Shown one piece after another: positions 1 through 9,713 of a stretch of DNA of 64,000 nucleotides. The notes beneath the pieces were generated by a model. It was not told the DNA's origin. It made no database searches and was given only the letters and a program-made list of their open reading frames with translations. Both the position numbers and the translations under genes were made by a program. Position 1 is the first letter of the stretch. Every line of letters starts with the position of its first letter. This DNA comes from an uncultured Verrucomicrobiae bacterium. GTDB taxonomy: Bacteria; Verrucomicrobiota; Verrucomicrobiia; Limisphaerales; UBA11358. The stretch covers positions 307,304 to 371,303 of the forward strand of contig CAWBKH010000001.1 of the NCBI GenBank assembly GCA_963789335.1. The letters run 5' to 3'.

Positions 1-375
1 TGAGCCGGGTACGGGTGGGTTATACGGAGCATTGGGAAGCAAAATCCCGTTATTGTCATTCGCATACATCATCGCGCCAATCTGAAGCTGTCTGATGTTG
101 CTCTGAGATTTCACGGCCCAAGCCCTCATTTTGGCCGCGGCCAGCGCGGGCAGAAGCATGGCCGCGAGAATCGCGATGATGGCAATCACCACCAGCAGTT
201 CAATCAGGGTAAAACCACGCCGATCGCCGTGAAACCCGCCGTTCTCGCTGGATACGATTGCATAAGGCTGGCCCCCCGCGCCGCGTTGCGGCGGCGCTAC
301 GTTCCGACCACGCCTTATGAAACCACAGGTGTTCACGCCAACGCTTTCGCCTGACAAGTAACTTCGCTCCATCAT
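1..375 (-). CDS. Prepilin-type N-terminal cleavage/methylation protein (DUF1559-like); runs off the window edge
   Basis: Not in the ORF track. Manual translation from ATG 375 gives ...[57 protein letters not shown]..., a type IV pilin leader, open to position 1. Confidence 0.9.
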   Translation of the reverse strand, partial: MMERSYLSGESVGVNTCGFIRRGRNVAPPQRGAGGQPYAIVSSENGGFHGDRRGFTLIELLVVIAIIAILAAMLLPALAAAKMRAWAVKSQSNIRQLQIGAMMYANDNNGILLPNAPYNPPVPGS

Positions 376-423
376 AACATTTTTGTCGTCACAAAGCAAT
401 GTGCCAATCACGTTTTCTATTTG

Positions 424-460
424 CTCCCGGTCGGGATTGCATTTCCATCCCGACCGGGAG
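424..460. other. Strong intergenic stem-loop
   Basis: CTCCCGGTCGGGAT-N9-ATCCCGACCGGGAG, a perfect 14-bp stem between the LamG gene and the prepilin gene. No U-tract follows on the minus strand. Confidence 0.75.
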
Positions 461-481
461 ACTCCACCATGTCGTCTTAAA

Positions 482-2866
482 CTACTGTCTTAAGAGCCGA
501 TAAAACTCCGTCGCTCCGCTGATGGCGTTGGTGTAGGGCGGAGTCGCGCCATTTACACTCGAGTAAGGCCCGCTGACACTGGTTGAATCCTGGAGTGTGC
601 CAGTGCCCGCCGGCCAATTGAGAATCACATCGCTGCCCGACTGGACAATCGTGAGGCTTACCTCATTCAAGTAATGCGTCTGAACCTGCTGCGGCGTGAG
701 GGCATAGTTGTAAACCGCTGTATCCTGCATTTTGCCGTCGAACGCGCCGAATTGATTGTCGGTGCGTTGTCCCAGCACAAAATTGCCAAGAACTCCGGGG
801 TCAATCCCGGCGGTGCCATCCTGGTTGATGCCATCGCCATTGGGGATGAAGTTGACGCTGGCAACCGGGACTGGAGCCACGGCCAACACGCCATTGATGT
901 AGAAGTTGAAGTTCGTGCCGTCATCGGTGACGACCAGATGATACCAATCGCCCGCGGTGATGGAGCCGGCCACGATGAACGCATTCGCCGGCTGTGGCAC
1001 AAATGCAAACGTGTGGCTCGGTTGCTGGTAAAGATACCAGCCGTTGTAGGGATTGGGATAGAGATTGTACTGAGATGAAAGCACCACACTATATTGCCCA
1101 TTGGTAGTGTTCCACAAGGAGGGCTGAACCCAGGTTTCGACCGACCACGAAATGTCGGGATTGAGCTCGGGCGCCCACGGGATTTGCACGGTTGCCCCTG
1201 GCGAACTTTGTGGCGTGCTTACGTTCGAAAAGTCCACAGCGGTATTTGTGTCATGTGGAATACCGCCGATTAATCCGCCCGTGAGGTTGCCGCCGTTGTT
1301 GGTCACATAGGTGCCATTAAAGCTGCCCACCGCGTCCACCGCTGTGCTGCCGTTGATTGGGTTTGGCTCATTCAATTGCCAAAGAGCCACCGGTTTGTCA
1401 GCTGCGACGAGGGCAGCGTAACCCGTGAGCGAAACGCTGACAGGTCTGGGCTGGACAGTCAAAATAGCCGGAGATGTCGTTGAAGATTGGACCGGACCGG
1501 TAACCAGCACTTCATACTGATAGCCGTTTTCAGCCATTTGGACATTGGACAGCCATAACGTTTCATTGGTTGCGCCCGCAATTGGTGTAAAAGTGCTTCC
1601 TCCGTTAATGCTTTGAGACCATTGATAGGTGATCGGCGTTGCGCCGCTAGCCGTGACATGGAAGGCAGCGTAGCTCCCGACGTCGCGTGTGATGGATAGG
1701 GGCTCGCCATTGATGAACAGCGCACCGGCAACCGTCAGGGTCGCCACCTGGCTCGTCGAAACACCGGCGCTGTTGGTGACCACCACGAAGTAAGTCGAGT
1801 TGTTTTCCCCGCCGCTCGCGGTAAAGCTCAAGTAACTGTTGGTGGCATTCGCATCGGCAACGTTGTTTGTGTACCACAAATACGAAAGCGGCGTGCTTCC
1901 AATCGCGATGGGATCAAACGCCGCCGTGTTGCCGGCATTGACCGAAATGGAAGCCGGATTGGAATTGGTCGCGCCGAGGTCCACCAAAACACTCGCAGGC
2001 TCCGGATTGGTCGAGAAGGCATTGGTTCCTACTTCATAGTGTGTCAAAACCTGGGTCGCGCTGAGCGCATTGGTGTAAATGGCCACTTCGGAAAGATAAC
2101 CCTCAAAGTTGCCCCAGCCTGTGGGCGGGTCGCCATCAATATACAGATCAGGTGGACTCGCTGTGTTGGCTGAATTGTTGGCCAGATAGCCAGCGGCGGA
2201 GACAGTCGCGGTTGCCACGCCATTGATGTAAAAAATGAAGTTGGTTCCATCATAGACGCCTACCAAGTGCGTCCACTGGTTCTTGACCACCTGGCTGGTC
2301 TGGATGAAGGCCCCTCCGGCGGATCCCAAGCTGGGGTTGAACACCCAGCTTCCGGGCGATCCCGCCGAGCCGGGCGTCTGATAGAAATCCCAGCCGGGCT
2401 GGGCATATGCACCGCCGCTGCCCAACGGAACAGTATAATCGTTGCCCCCGCCAGTGTTGTCGCTGGTCGCGCGCGCCCAGAATTCCACCGAGAATGGGCC
2501 TTGGGGATTCAGCACATCGCTATGTCCCACGTCCACGTACGAAGAATGGCTCTGAAAATTGATGTCGCCATAGTTGTGGAACAGATAGGCGTTGGTGTCC
2601 ACGCCGGGCACACCCAGCACCGGATAGTCTGGATTGCTGTTGATATCGAGATCATAAGCGATCCCGCCGTTAAATCCGTTTCCAGTAGAATCGACCGCAG
2701 TGCTTGCACCCGGCGATTCGTTCAGCTCCCAGAAGGCGGCCGGATGATCCGCCATGATGGTGGAGTGATAATCCGCGCTGGCCGTGCGCGTGCCCAGTAA
2801 TACGAATGCCGCCGCCAATGGCAGCGTTGCGAGCCTCCAAGTGACCGACTTTATTGTTGATTTCAT
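482..2866 (-). CDS. Secreted protein: LamG-like jellyroll, 2x Ig-like, LamG-like jellyroll, C-terminal FYRL-type domain
   Basis: Signal peptide; LamG motifs ([26 protein letters not shown]; [16 protein letters not shown]); Ig repeats (PLSYLW, PITYQW); ends EFYRLLRQ. Confidence 0.85.
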   Translation of the reverse strand: MKSTIKSVTWRLATLPLAAAFVLLGTRTASADYHSTIMADHPAAFWELNESPGASTAVDSTGNGFNGGIAYDLDINSNPDYPVLGVPGVDTNAYLFHNYGDINFQSHSSYVDVGHSDVLNPQGPFSVEFWARATSDNTGGGNDYTVPLGSGGAYAQPGWDFYQTPGSAGSPGSWVFNPSLGSAGGAFIQTSQVVKNQWTHLVGVYDGTNFIFYINGVATATVSAAGYLANNSANTASPPDLYIDGDPPTGWGNFEGYLSEVAIYTNALSATQVLTHYEVGTNAFSTNPEPASVLVDLGATNSNPASISVNAGNTAAFDPIAIGSTPLSYLWYTNNVADANATNSYLSFTASGGENNSTYFVVVTNSAGVSTSQVATLTVAGALFINGEPLSITRDVGSYAAFHVTASGATPITYQWSQSINGGSTFTPIAGATNETLWLSNVQMAENGYQYEVLVTGPVQSSTTSPAILTVQPRPVSVSLTGYAALVAADKPVALWQLNEPNPINGSTAVDAVGSFNGTYVTNNGGNLTGGLIGGIPHDTNTAVDFSNVSTPQSSPGATVQIPWAPELNPDISWSVETWVQPSLWNTTNGQYSVVLSSQYNLYPNPYNGWYLYQQPSHTFAFVPQPANAFIVAGSITAGDWYHLVVTDDGTNFNFYINGVLAVAPVPVASVNFIPNGDGINQDGTAGIDPGVLGNFVLGQRTDNQFGAFDGKMQDTAVYNYALTPQQVQTHYLNEVSLTIVQSGSDVILNWPAGTGTLQDSTSVSGPYSSVNGATPPYTNAISGATEFYRLLRQ

Positions 2867-3001
2867 ATATCTTTTAGGTTGTTTGTTTGCATGAACTCCC
2901 GGTCCGTTTTGCTGTCCAGATTAAAACCAAGCGTTTATATTGCCCGTTTTATCTCTGTCATTCATGCGCCTACTATAGAATGTTTTCCCCGGCTTCGTCC
3001 A

Positions 3002-3019
3002 TCCCCCTGTTTAGGGGGA
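3002..3019. promoter_or_regulatory. Palindromic operator candidate TCCCCCTGTTTAGGGGGA
   Basis: CCCCC-N6-GGGGG inverted repeat about 140 bp upstream of the LamG gene; a second copy lies at 5250. Confidence 0.5.
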
Positions 3020-3089
3020 AATTGGACAATGCGATCAGGTTTGCACCGCATTGGGGACTCACGAAAGCAGCGAGTGAGAAACGTTCCGA

Positions 3090-4190
3090 CTACTTTTCCA
3101 AATAGCGGATGACGGCTTCGGTGCGAGTGCGCACCTGGAGTCGTTTAAAAATATTTTTGATGTAATCATGCGCCGTCCAGACACTGATGCCCATGGCCTG
3201 CGCGATTTCCTTGTCCACACAACCTTTGCTCAAAAGCTCCATCACTTCCCGTTCACGGTGCGTCAACTTGGCCGGCGACAGGCTATCATGATTGGAGGGG
3301 ACTTGCAGCAATTCTTGAAAATAGTGTCTGACGCGCACCAGCAGATCTTCGGTCATCAGTTCCGACCGGCTGGCGACCTTGAGGATCGGCTCCAACAACC
3401 GGTCTGATTTAACCCGCTTGACCAAATAACCACCAGCACCGCCGGGTGTCGAAACAAACATCTGGTCGCCGTCCGCATGAACCGAATAAGTGAGCGCCGG
3501 CACTCCGGGTCGAATGGGGCTGATGGCGCCGGCGGACTTGACACCGAGGCGTCCGGCCAGATTGCGATTCAAGAGCACCATGCGGGGTTTGTGCAAGTCC
3601 AGCGCTTGGGGGAAAGACGCCGCCGAGTCGCACGGAATGCTGACAAATCCGGCCTGGTGGTCAATACACCAGCACAATGCCCTGCGGATGCCCGCATCCG
3701 TTTCAACCATCAACACCCGCTGCCGATTGGGGCTCGCGGGTGAGGAATCGGATTCGGTGTGCTTTCCAGCCAGAGTATGAATAGTGCTATAAGTCCACAG
3801 CACCGGATTCATGCACCATTCGAAACTTACGGTCAGTTCGCGGGCGAAATGCCGGCAGGTGGCATGCCAACCCTGGTTTACCACCATCAGGTAAATCTGG
3901 CGCGCTTTGTCCGCGGCGGCTTCCGCCTCCGGGGTGCCCAGCGGAAAAAAATATCCCACCTCATCGTGGTCAATTCGGACGGCTAGATCCTGCTCTGATC
4001 CGCCGGCGGCCGGAAAACGATAGCGACGCAGGAGCAGTCGTTCCCGCCAATAACGCGCGCTGGTCTTGGGAAAGTTTTTCCCGGGTTTGTCCTTGTCTGA
4101 ATGCTGTGCGGTGGAAAGGCCGCCACGGGATTCGGACCGCCCAAACTGGCGGGCTGGCTTGCTTCGTGGTTGCGCGGATGCAGGTTTCAT
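3090..4190 (-). CDS. LuxR/NarL-type regulator with degenerate receiver domain and an extra N-terminal domain
   Basis: C-terminal HTH LTHREREVMELLSKGCVDKEIAQAMGIS; receiver-like segment with VLLN in place of the phospho-acceptor VLLD; N-terminal extension of about 150 aa. Confidence 0.85.
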   Translation of the reverse strand: MKPASAQPRSKPARQFGRSESRGGLSTAQHSDKDKPGKNFPKTSARYWRERLLLRRYRFPAAGGSEQDLAVRIDHDEVGYFFPLGTPEAEAAADKARQIYLMVVNQGWHATCRHFARELTVSFEWCMNPVLWTYSTIHTLAGKHTESDSSPASPNRQRVLMVETDAGIRRALCWCIDHQAGFVSIPCDSAASFPQALDLHKPRMVLLNRNLAGRLGVKSAGAISPIRPGVPALTYSVHADGDQMFVSTPGGAGGYLVKRVKSDRLLEPILKVASRSELMTEDLLVRVRHYFQELLQVPSNHDSLSPAKLTHREREVMELLSKGCVDKEIAQAMGISVWTAHDYIKNIFKRLQVRTRTEAVIRYLEK

Positions 4191-4297
4191 CGCCAAGCAC
4201 CCCAATGAGAAGACATTTGGTGCGCGGCGTCAAAGATTTTTCCCTCTTGTGAAACCGCTGGAGTCAGTAAGTGGTTTGAGTTCTGTCATTTGTCGTC

Positions 4298-5158
4298 CTA
4301 AACCGGAACGGCTGCTTTCTTTTGCGTGACAGTTTTCACGGCATGTCCGTCCAAACTGCGGCCGTTTCTTTCATCGCGGAAAGGCTGCCATTGCGGTTCG
4401 TTCTCAAAAATCCAGCGGTAATAATCCGCCTCCCGCAGCCGGCTGGCCGCCGCCTCGTCCAACACCACCACGCAATGCGGATGAAATTGCAACGCCGTCG
4501 CCGAAATCATGCTCGTCACCGGCCCCTCGATCGCCCGCGCCACGATCTCCGCCTTGTCCTCCCCCGTCGCCAGCAACAAACACCGCCGCGCTTCCAGAAT
4601 CGTCCCCACCCCCATCGTGATCGCTCGCCGCGGCATTTCCTCGGGCGGGCTGAACAGCGGTTCATTTTGTGTGCGCGTCACCGGCGATAACACCTTGATC
4701 CGCGTTCGCGACCGCAACGATGACACCGGCTCATTGAAACCCAAATGCCCCGCCAGCCCGATCCCCAATAGTTGCAGGTCTATCCCTCCACATTCGGCAA
4801 TGAGCCGTTCGTAGCGCTCGCATTCGGCCTCGATGTCGGCGGCAGCGCCGTCCGGCAGGTGCGTGTTGGCCAGATCCACGTTCACGTTCAGGAACAGATT
4901 ATGATTCATGTAATGCCGGTAGGAATTGCGATGGCTGCCCGGCAGTCCGACATATTCATCCAGGTTGAACGTGCGGCACCCCGAAAAATCCAGCCCCTCG
5001 TCGCGGTGCATCTGCACCAACTGCGCATACACCGCCTCCATCGTGCGGCCCGTGGCCAGCCCCATCACCAGACGCGGATTGTCCCGCAGCTCCCTGGTGA
5101 TGACCCGCGCCACCAAGTCGGTGGCCGTCTCCGCAGTTGGTCGAATGACGACTTCCAT
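4298..5158 (-). CDS. nagB: Glucosamine-6-phosphate deaminase
   Basis: Motifs GLATGRT, TFNLDEYVGL, GGIDLQLLGIG..GHLGFNEP, AITMGVGTI; ATG at 5158 (MEVVIRP). Confidence 0.95.
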   Translation of the reverse strand: MEVVIRPTAETATDLVARVITRELRDNPRLVMGLATGRTMEAVYAQLVQMHRDEGLDFSGCRTFNLDEYVGLPGSHRNSYRHYMNHNLFLNVNVDLANTHLPDGAAADIEAECERYERLIAECGGIDLQLLGIGLAGHLGFNEPVSSLRSRTRIKVLSPVTRTQNEPLFSPPEEMPRRAITMGVGTILEARRCLLLATGEDKAEIVARAIEGPVTSMISATALQFHPHCVVVLDEAAASRLREADYYRWIFENEPQWQPFRDERNGRSLDGHAVKTVTQKKAAVPV

Positions 5159-5248
5159 ATACGCTCGTTCGCTTGAACGCCATTTGACCTCTCGATGAAA
5201 GAAAGGTCGTTGTTCACCATTAATCTTACCCAAGGCCTTCAGTACAAC

Positions 5249-5268
5249 AACCCCCTGAATTGGGGGTT
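5249..5268. promoter_or_regulatory. Palindromic operator candidate AACCCCCTGAATTGGGGGTT
   Basis: CCCCC-N6-GGGGG inverted repeat in the divergent nagB/deacetylase promoter region. Confidence 0.5.
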
Positions 5269-5340
5269 GAACAACCAAGAGCTTCCTGTGAAAAATTGTG
5301 CGTGCGATGCGTGCTGATTCCGTAGCGCCGTGATTTATTT

Positions 5341-6207
5341 ATGAATCCCTATCATCATTTTGTCTCTTCCTTTGCCCAACTCGTTGAGACGGGGAAGTCA
5401 CTGCCTTTGGGCGGCATTCCGCCGCACAACAAACCTAAACCGCCCGCGGATGCGCCGGTGGCGCTGATTTTTTCTCCGCATCCGGACGACGAGTGCCTCA
5501 TCGGCGGATTCGCGCTGCGCCTGATGCGCGAAGCCCGAATGCGAGTCATCAATGTCGCCGTCACCCAGGGCAGCAACAAGGAGCGGCAACAGCCCCGCTT
5601 GCAGGAACTGAAAAATGCCTGCAGGTGGCTGGAGTTTGAAGTGGAACAAACTGCGCCCAATGGCTTGGAAGGAATTAATTCCCAAACCCGGATGAATGAT
5701 TCCAGACACTGGTCCAATGCAGTGAAGGTAATCGCGGCAACTCTCGCCGGACATCGGCCACATGCAATTTTCTTCCCGCACGAGCTCGATTGGAACAGCA
5801 CACATATCGGCACCCATTTTCTGGTCAGGGACGCGTTGAAGACCCTGCCGGCAAATTTTCATTGTCTGACGATTGAAACAGAATATTGGGCGCCAATGCC
5901 GTCCCCGAACCTGATGGTCGAGTCCAGCGTGGACGACGTTGCGGATTTGCTGGCCGCGCTCTCATTTCACGTGGAAGAGGTGAAGCGCAATCCGTATCAC
6001 CTGCGAATGCCGGCATGGTTGCAAGACAACGTGCGGCGCGGCGCCGAACTGGTCGGCGGTCAGGGCGGCGCGGCTCCCGCTTTCACATTTGCCACGCTCT
6101 ACCGCCTGCGCCAGTGGAAAAATGGTCGCATCGAAAATGTGCTCAGTGGCGGGAAACAAATCGGCAGAACTCAAAATCCGGACGACATCCTTAGTTTGGT
6201 GCGCTGA
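5341..6207 (+). CDS. PIG-L/LmbE family deacetylase
   Basis: FSPHPDDECLIGG motif and a downstream His (DWNSTH); no signal peptide. Confidence 0.85.
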   Translation: MNPYHHFVSSFAQLVETGKSLPLGGIPPHNKPKPPADAPVALIFSPHPDDECLIGGFALRLMREARMRVINVAVTQGSNKERQQPRLQELKNACRWLEFEVEQTAPNGLEGINSQTRMNDSRHWSNAVKVIAATLAGHRPHAIFFPHELDWNSTHIGTHFLVRDALKTLPANFHCLTIETEYWAPMPSPNLMVESSVDDVADLLAALSFHVEEVKRNPYHLRMPAWLQDNVRRGAELVGGQGGAAPAFTFATLYRLRQWKNGRIENVLSGGKQIGRTQNPDDILSLVR

Positions 6208-6240
6208 CACTGCCAATCCTGAAACCACAGTTTCAACAAA

Positions 6241-8028
6241 ATGAACGAGAATCACAGCGTGGCAAAGACTGGATACAATCGTTTTCTCCTGCTCGTCGCC
6301 GGACTCGGTGGGCTGCTGTACGGCGTGGACGTCGGCATTATTTCCGGCGCGCTGCCCTATCTGGAAGCCACATCCGGTTTGAGCGCGGGGCAATTGTCGT
6401 TCGTTGTGGCTGCGGTCTTGCTCGGCAGCGTTATCTCCACCTTGTTCGCCGGCCTGTTGTCCGACTGGATGGGACGGAAAAAAATGATGTCGTTCAGCGG
6501 CATTCTGTTCGTCATCAGCATTCCGATGATTGCGCTGGCGCATGGTTACTGGCCGCTCGTTTTTGGCCGCTTGTTGCAGGGCATCAGCGCGGGATTGATT
6601 GGCGTCGTCATTCCACTTTATCTCGCCGAATGTTTGAGCGCATCGAACCGTGGCAAAGGCACTGGCATTTTCCAATGGCTGCTGACGCTGGGTATCGTGG
6701 CTGCGGCCATCATTGGCCTGTATTTCAGCAATCGCGTGGACGAAGTGTCCAAACTCGGTGACCCCGAAAAACTGTTCGCAGCCCAGAATACCGCTTGGCG
6801 TAGCATCTTTTGGGTTTCGTTGCCGCCGGGTATTTTGTTTGTCATCGGCAGCTTTATGGTTGCCGAATCGCCGCGCTGGTTATTTCGCCGCGGGAGAAAA
6901 GACGCCGCGCGTACAGCGTTACTCCGTTCACGCACGGACGAACAGGCGGAGATGGAATTGAAGGAAATGGAGGAGACCGTCGCTGCCGAAAGGACCAAGT
7001 CGGCTGGGGCGAGAGCCAAAGAATCATTGCTCCGCCGCAAATATGTAATTCCCTTTGTGCTGGCGTGCGTCATCCTTGCCTGCAATCAGGCCACTGGTGT
7101 CAATTCCATCATTGGCTACAACGCGACCATCCTGATTCAGGCTGGCCTTGGCGACACCCAAGCCCACTTGGGCTATCTCCTTTTTACCATTGTTAATTTT
7201 CTTACCACCATCGTCGCCGTTATTTTGGTGGATCGCAAAGGCCGGAAATTTTTGCTCTCGCTTGGGACTGGAGGCGTTATCATCTCATTGGTCTGCGTCG
7301 GCTTGCTTTTTCATAAAACTGAAAAATTGCGCGTGGATTGCAAAAATGCCGTGCAGGCAATGGTCACGACGAATCAAACGCTCAAGCTGGCATTCAATGA
7401 AACAACCGCAACCAATCTGCTCGCCGGAACGGCTATCGCCAATCGGCCGACGTCGTTGGTTCTCATTTATTCCTATGGCGGTTTCCACAAAGGCATTCCT
7501 CCGGTGCGTTCCGAGAACGCGACGGCGCAACCGATTGAAATTAAACGAACAGATTGTGTGCCCGCCAACAAAGTCATCGCCTTTTTCACCAATCCATTCG
7601 CCAATCTGGATGTCGCGCGTGCTGCGCCATTAAAAATTGACGCCGCGCTGATCACGCCCGTGCCCGGCAGGGAGAACGGTTGGCTCACGGCCATTTGCCT
7701 GTTCAGTTTCGCGGTGTTTTTCGCTGTCGGTCCCGGCGTTTGCGTCTGGCTGGCGCTGTCCGAGTTGATGCCCACGCGCATCCGCGCCAACGGCATGAGC
7801 ATCGCCTTGGATTTCAACCAGGCCGTTTCGACGACCATCGCCGCCATTTTCCTGCCGACCGTCGGCCAATACGGCTACTCGACCATGTTCTTTGCGTTTG
7901 CCGGCTGCACGGTTATTTATTTCATCACCGCGACCTTCTTTCTGCCGGAAACCAAGGGAAAGACTTTGGAGGAAATCGAAGAGCATTTTGAAGGCGGTAA
8001 AAAACTGCAACAATCATCTACGATATAG
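6241..8028 (+). CDS. Sugar porter family MFS transporter with a large extracytoplasmic insertion
   Basis: GGLLYGVDVGIISGA, SDWMGRK, ESPRWL, VDRKGRK, PETKGKTLEEIE. Confidence 0.92.
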   Translation: MNENHSVAKTGYNRFLLLVAGLGGLLYGVDVGIISGALPYLEATSGLSAGQLSFVVAAVLLGSVISTLFAGLLSDWMGRKKMMSFSGILFVISIPMIALAHGYWPLVFGRLLQGISAGLIGVVIPLYLAECLSASNRGKGTGIFQWLLTLGIVAAAIIGLYFSNRVDEVSKLGDPEKLFAAQNTAWRSIFWVSLPPGILFVIGSFMVAESPRWLFRRGRKDAARTALLRSRTDEQAEMELKEMEETVAAERTKSAGARAKESLLRRKYVIPFVLACVILACNQATGVNSIIGYNATILIQAGLGDTQAHLGYLLFTIVNFLTTIVAVILVDRKGRKFLLSLGTGGVIISLVCVGLLFHKTEKLRVDCKNAVQAMVTTNQTLKLAFNETTATNLLAGTAIANRPTSLVLIYSYGGFHKGIPPVRSENATAQPIEIKRTDCVPANKVIAFFTNPFANLDVARAAPLKIDAALITPVPGRENGWLTAICLFSFAVFFAVGPGVCVWLALSELMPTRIRANGMSIALDFNQAVSTTIAAIFLPTVGQYGYSTMFFAFAGCTVIYFITATFFLPETKGKTLEEIEEHFEGGKKLQQSSTI

Positions 8029-8039
8029 GGAAATCAAAC

Positions 8040-9713
8040 ATGAAAATGAAAATAAAATCTTCCATCACCGGAATCTTGCTTTGCCTGACAGCGACAACGG
8101 TTTTTGCCGCCGACACCAACAGTCTGGCCATCATTCCGTGGCCGCAAAAGGTGACCTTGGAGGCCGGCGTCTTCAGCCTCACGCCGGACACCCGTGTTTA
8201 TGTAGATTCTGCGTCACGCCAGACTGCAAACGTTTTGACGGAGCGGCTGCGCCAATCCACCGGTTATGCGCTCAAAACTCACACAAAATTCCTTTTGGAA
8301 GCGGCCATCAAGAGCGGCATTCTGTTGACGACCAAGGATGCCAATACAAATTTGGGACCGGAAGGTTACGATCTCACTGTCACGCCCGATTCAGTTGTAA
8401 TTCGCGCGCCGACCCAGGCGGGTTTGTTTTACGGTGTGCAAACCTTGTTCCAATTATTGCCGCCGGAAATTTTTTCATCCAACGTCGTGCGAGATGTCGG
8501 CTGGCAAATGCCGTGTGTTCAAATTGAAGACTGGCCGCGATTCAAGTGGCGCGGCCTGATGCTGGACGTAAGCCGCCATTTTTTCAACAAATCGGAAGTT
8601 GAAACCATTCTCGACGCGATGGCGTTGCACAAATTGAACATGTTTCACTGGCACCTGACGGACGACCAGGGCTGGCGGATCGAAATAAAAAAATATCCGA
8701 AGCTGATGAGCGTGGGCGCGTGGCGCGATGGCGTGGGTTTTGGGCTGGCTTCAAATTCGACAACCGCCTACGGCCCGGACGGGCGCTATGGCGGATTCTA
8801 CACGCCGGCGGACATTCGTGAAGTGGTTAAATACGCGGCGGCACGGCACATCACGATTGTCCCGGAAATCGAAATGCCCGGCCACTCAACGGCAGCCTTG
8901 GCGGCTTATCCGCAATTCAGTTGCACCGGCGGACCGTTCACAAATGGGACCACAGCCGGGGTTTTCAATGGCATCTACAACCCGGCCAATCCGGCGACCT
9001 TCAAGTTTTTGGACGCCGTGCTGACCGAGGTATTCCAGCTCTTTCCGGGCAAGTACGTCCACCTGGGCGGCGACGAGGTGCCGAAGGAAACTTGGAAGAA
9101 TAGTCCCGATTGCCAAGCCCTGATGAAACGGGAAGGGCTGACGAATGAAGACCAGTTGCAAGGCTGGTTTATGCAACGCATGGAAAATTTCGTGAGCGAT
9201 CACGGGCGCATCCCGGTCGGCTGGAGCGAAATTCTGCAGGGCGGAATCGCGAGCAATGCCGTCGTCATGGATTGGATCGGTGGCGCGAAGGAAGCCGCCA
9301 GCACCGGTCATGACGTGGTGATGTCGCCCACGGCTTATTGCTATCTCGACTTTTACCAGTCCACCAATCGCGTCGCCGAGCCGAAGGCCGCCGCCTGGGG
9401 AAATCCCCTGACGTTGCGCAAAGTTTATTCCTTCGACCCGATGCCCACCAATTTGCCGCCGCAACTGCAATCACACATTCTCGGCACGCAGGGCAATTTG
9501 TGGACCGAATGGGTTCCCAATTTGAAGCACGCCGAATACATGATTTTCCCGCGCGAGTGCGCCATCGCCGAAATCACCTGGTCATCTGAGTCATCACACA
9601 ACTGGGATGATTTCATGCGCCGGCTGCAAATTCACGCACAGCGCCTGGACGAACTGGGAATCAATTACCGCCATGCTTCCATTAAAACCCCGGAGCCGGA
9701 CCCACTGAAGTGA
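8040..9713 (+). CDS. Beta-N-acetylhexosaminidase (GH20), exported
   Basis: Signal peptide; RGLMLDVSRHF, HWHLTDDQGWR, PEIEMPGH, HLGGDE. Confidence 0.95.
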   Translation: MKMKIKSSITGILLCLTATTVFAADTNSLAIIPWPQKVTLEAGVFSLTPDTRVYVDSASRQTANVLTERLRQSTGYALKTHTKFLLEAAIKSGILLTTKDANTNLGPEGYDLTVTPDSVVIRAPTQAGLFYGVQTLFQLLPPEIFSSNVVRDVGWQMPCVQIEDWPRFKWRGLMLDVSRHFFNKSEVETILDAMALHKLNMFHWHLTDDQGWRIEIKKYPKLMSVGAWRDGVGFGLASNSTTAYGPDGRYGGFYTPADIREVVKYAAARHITIVPEIEMPGHSTAALAAYPQFSCTGGPFTNGTTAGVFNGIYNPANPATFKFLDAVLTEVFQLFPGKYVHLGGDEVPKETWKNSPDCQALMKREGLTNEDQLQGWFMQRMENFVSDHGRIPVGWSEILQGGIASNAVVMDWIGGAKEAASTGHDVVMSPTAYCYLDFYQSTNRVAEPKAAAWGNPLTLRKVYSFDPMPTNLPPQLQSHILGTQGNLWTEWVPNLKHAEYMIFPRECAIAEITWSSESSHNWDDFMRRLQIHAQRLDELGINYRHASIKTPEPDPLK

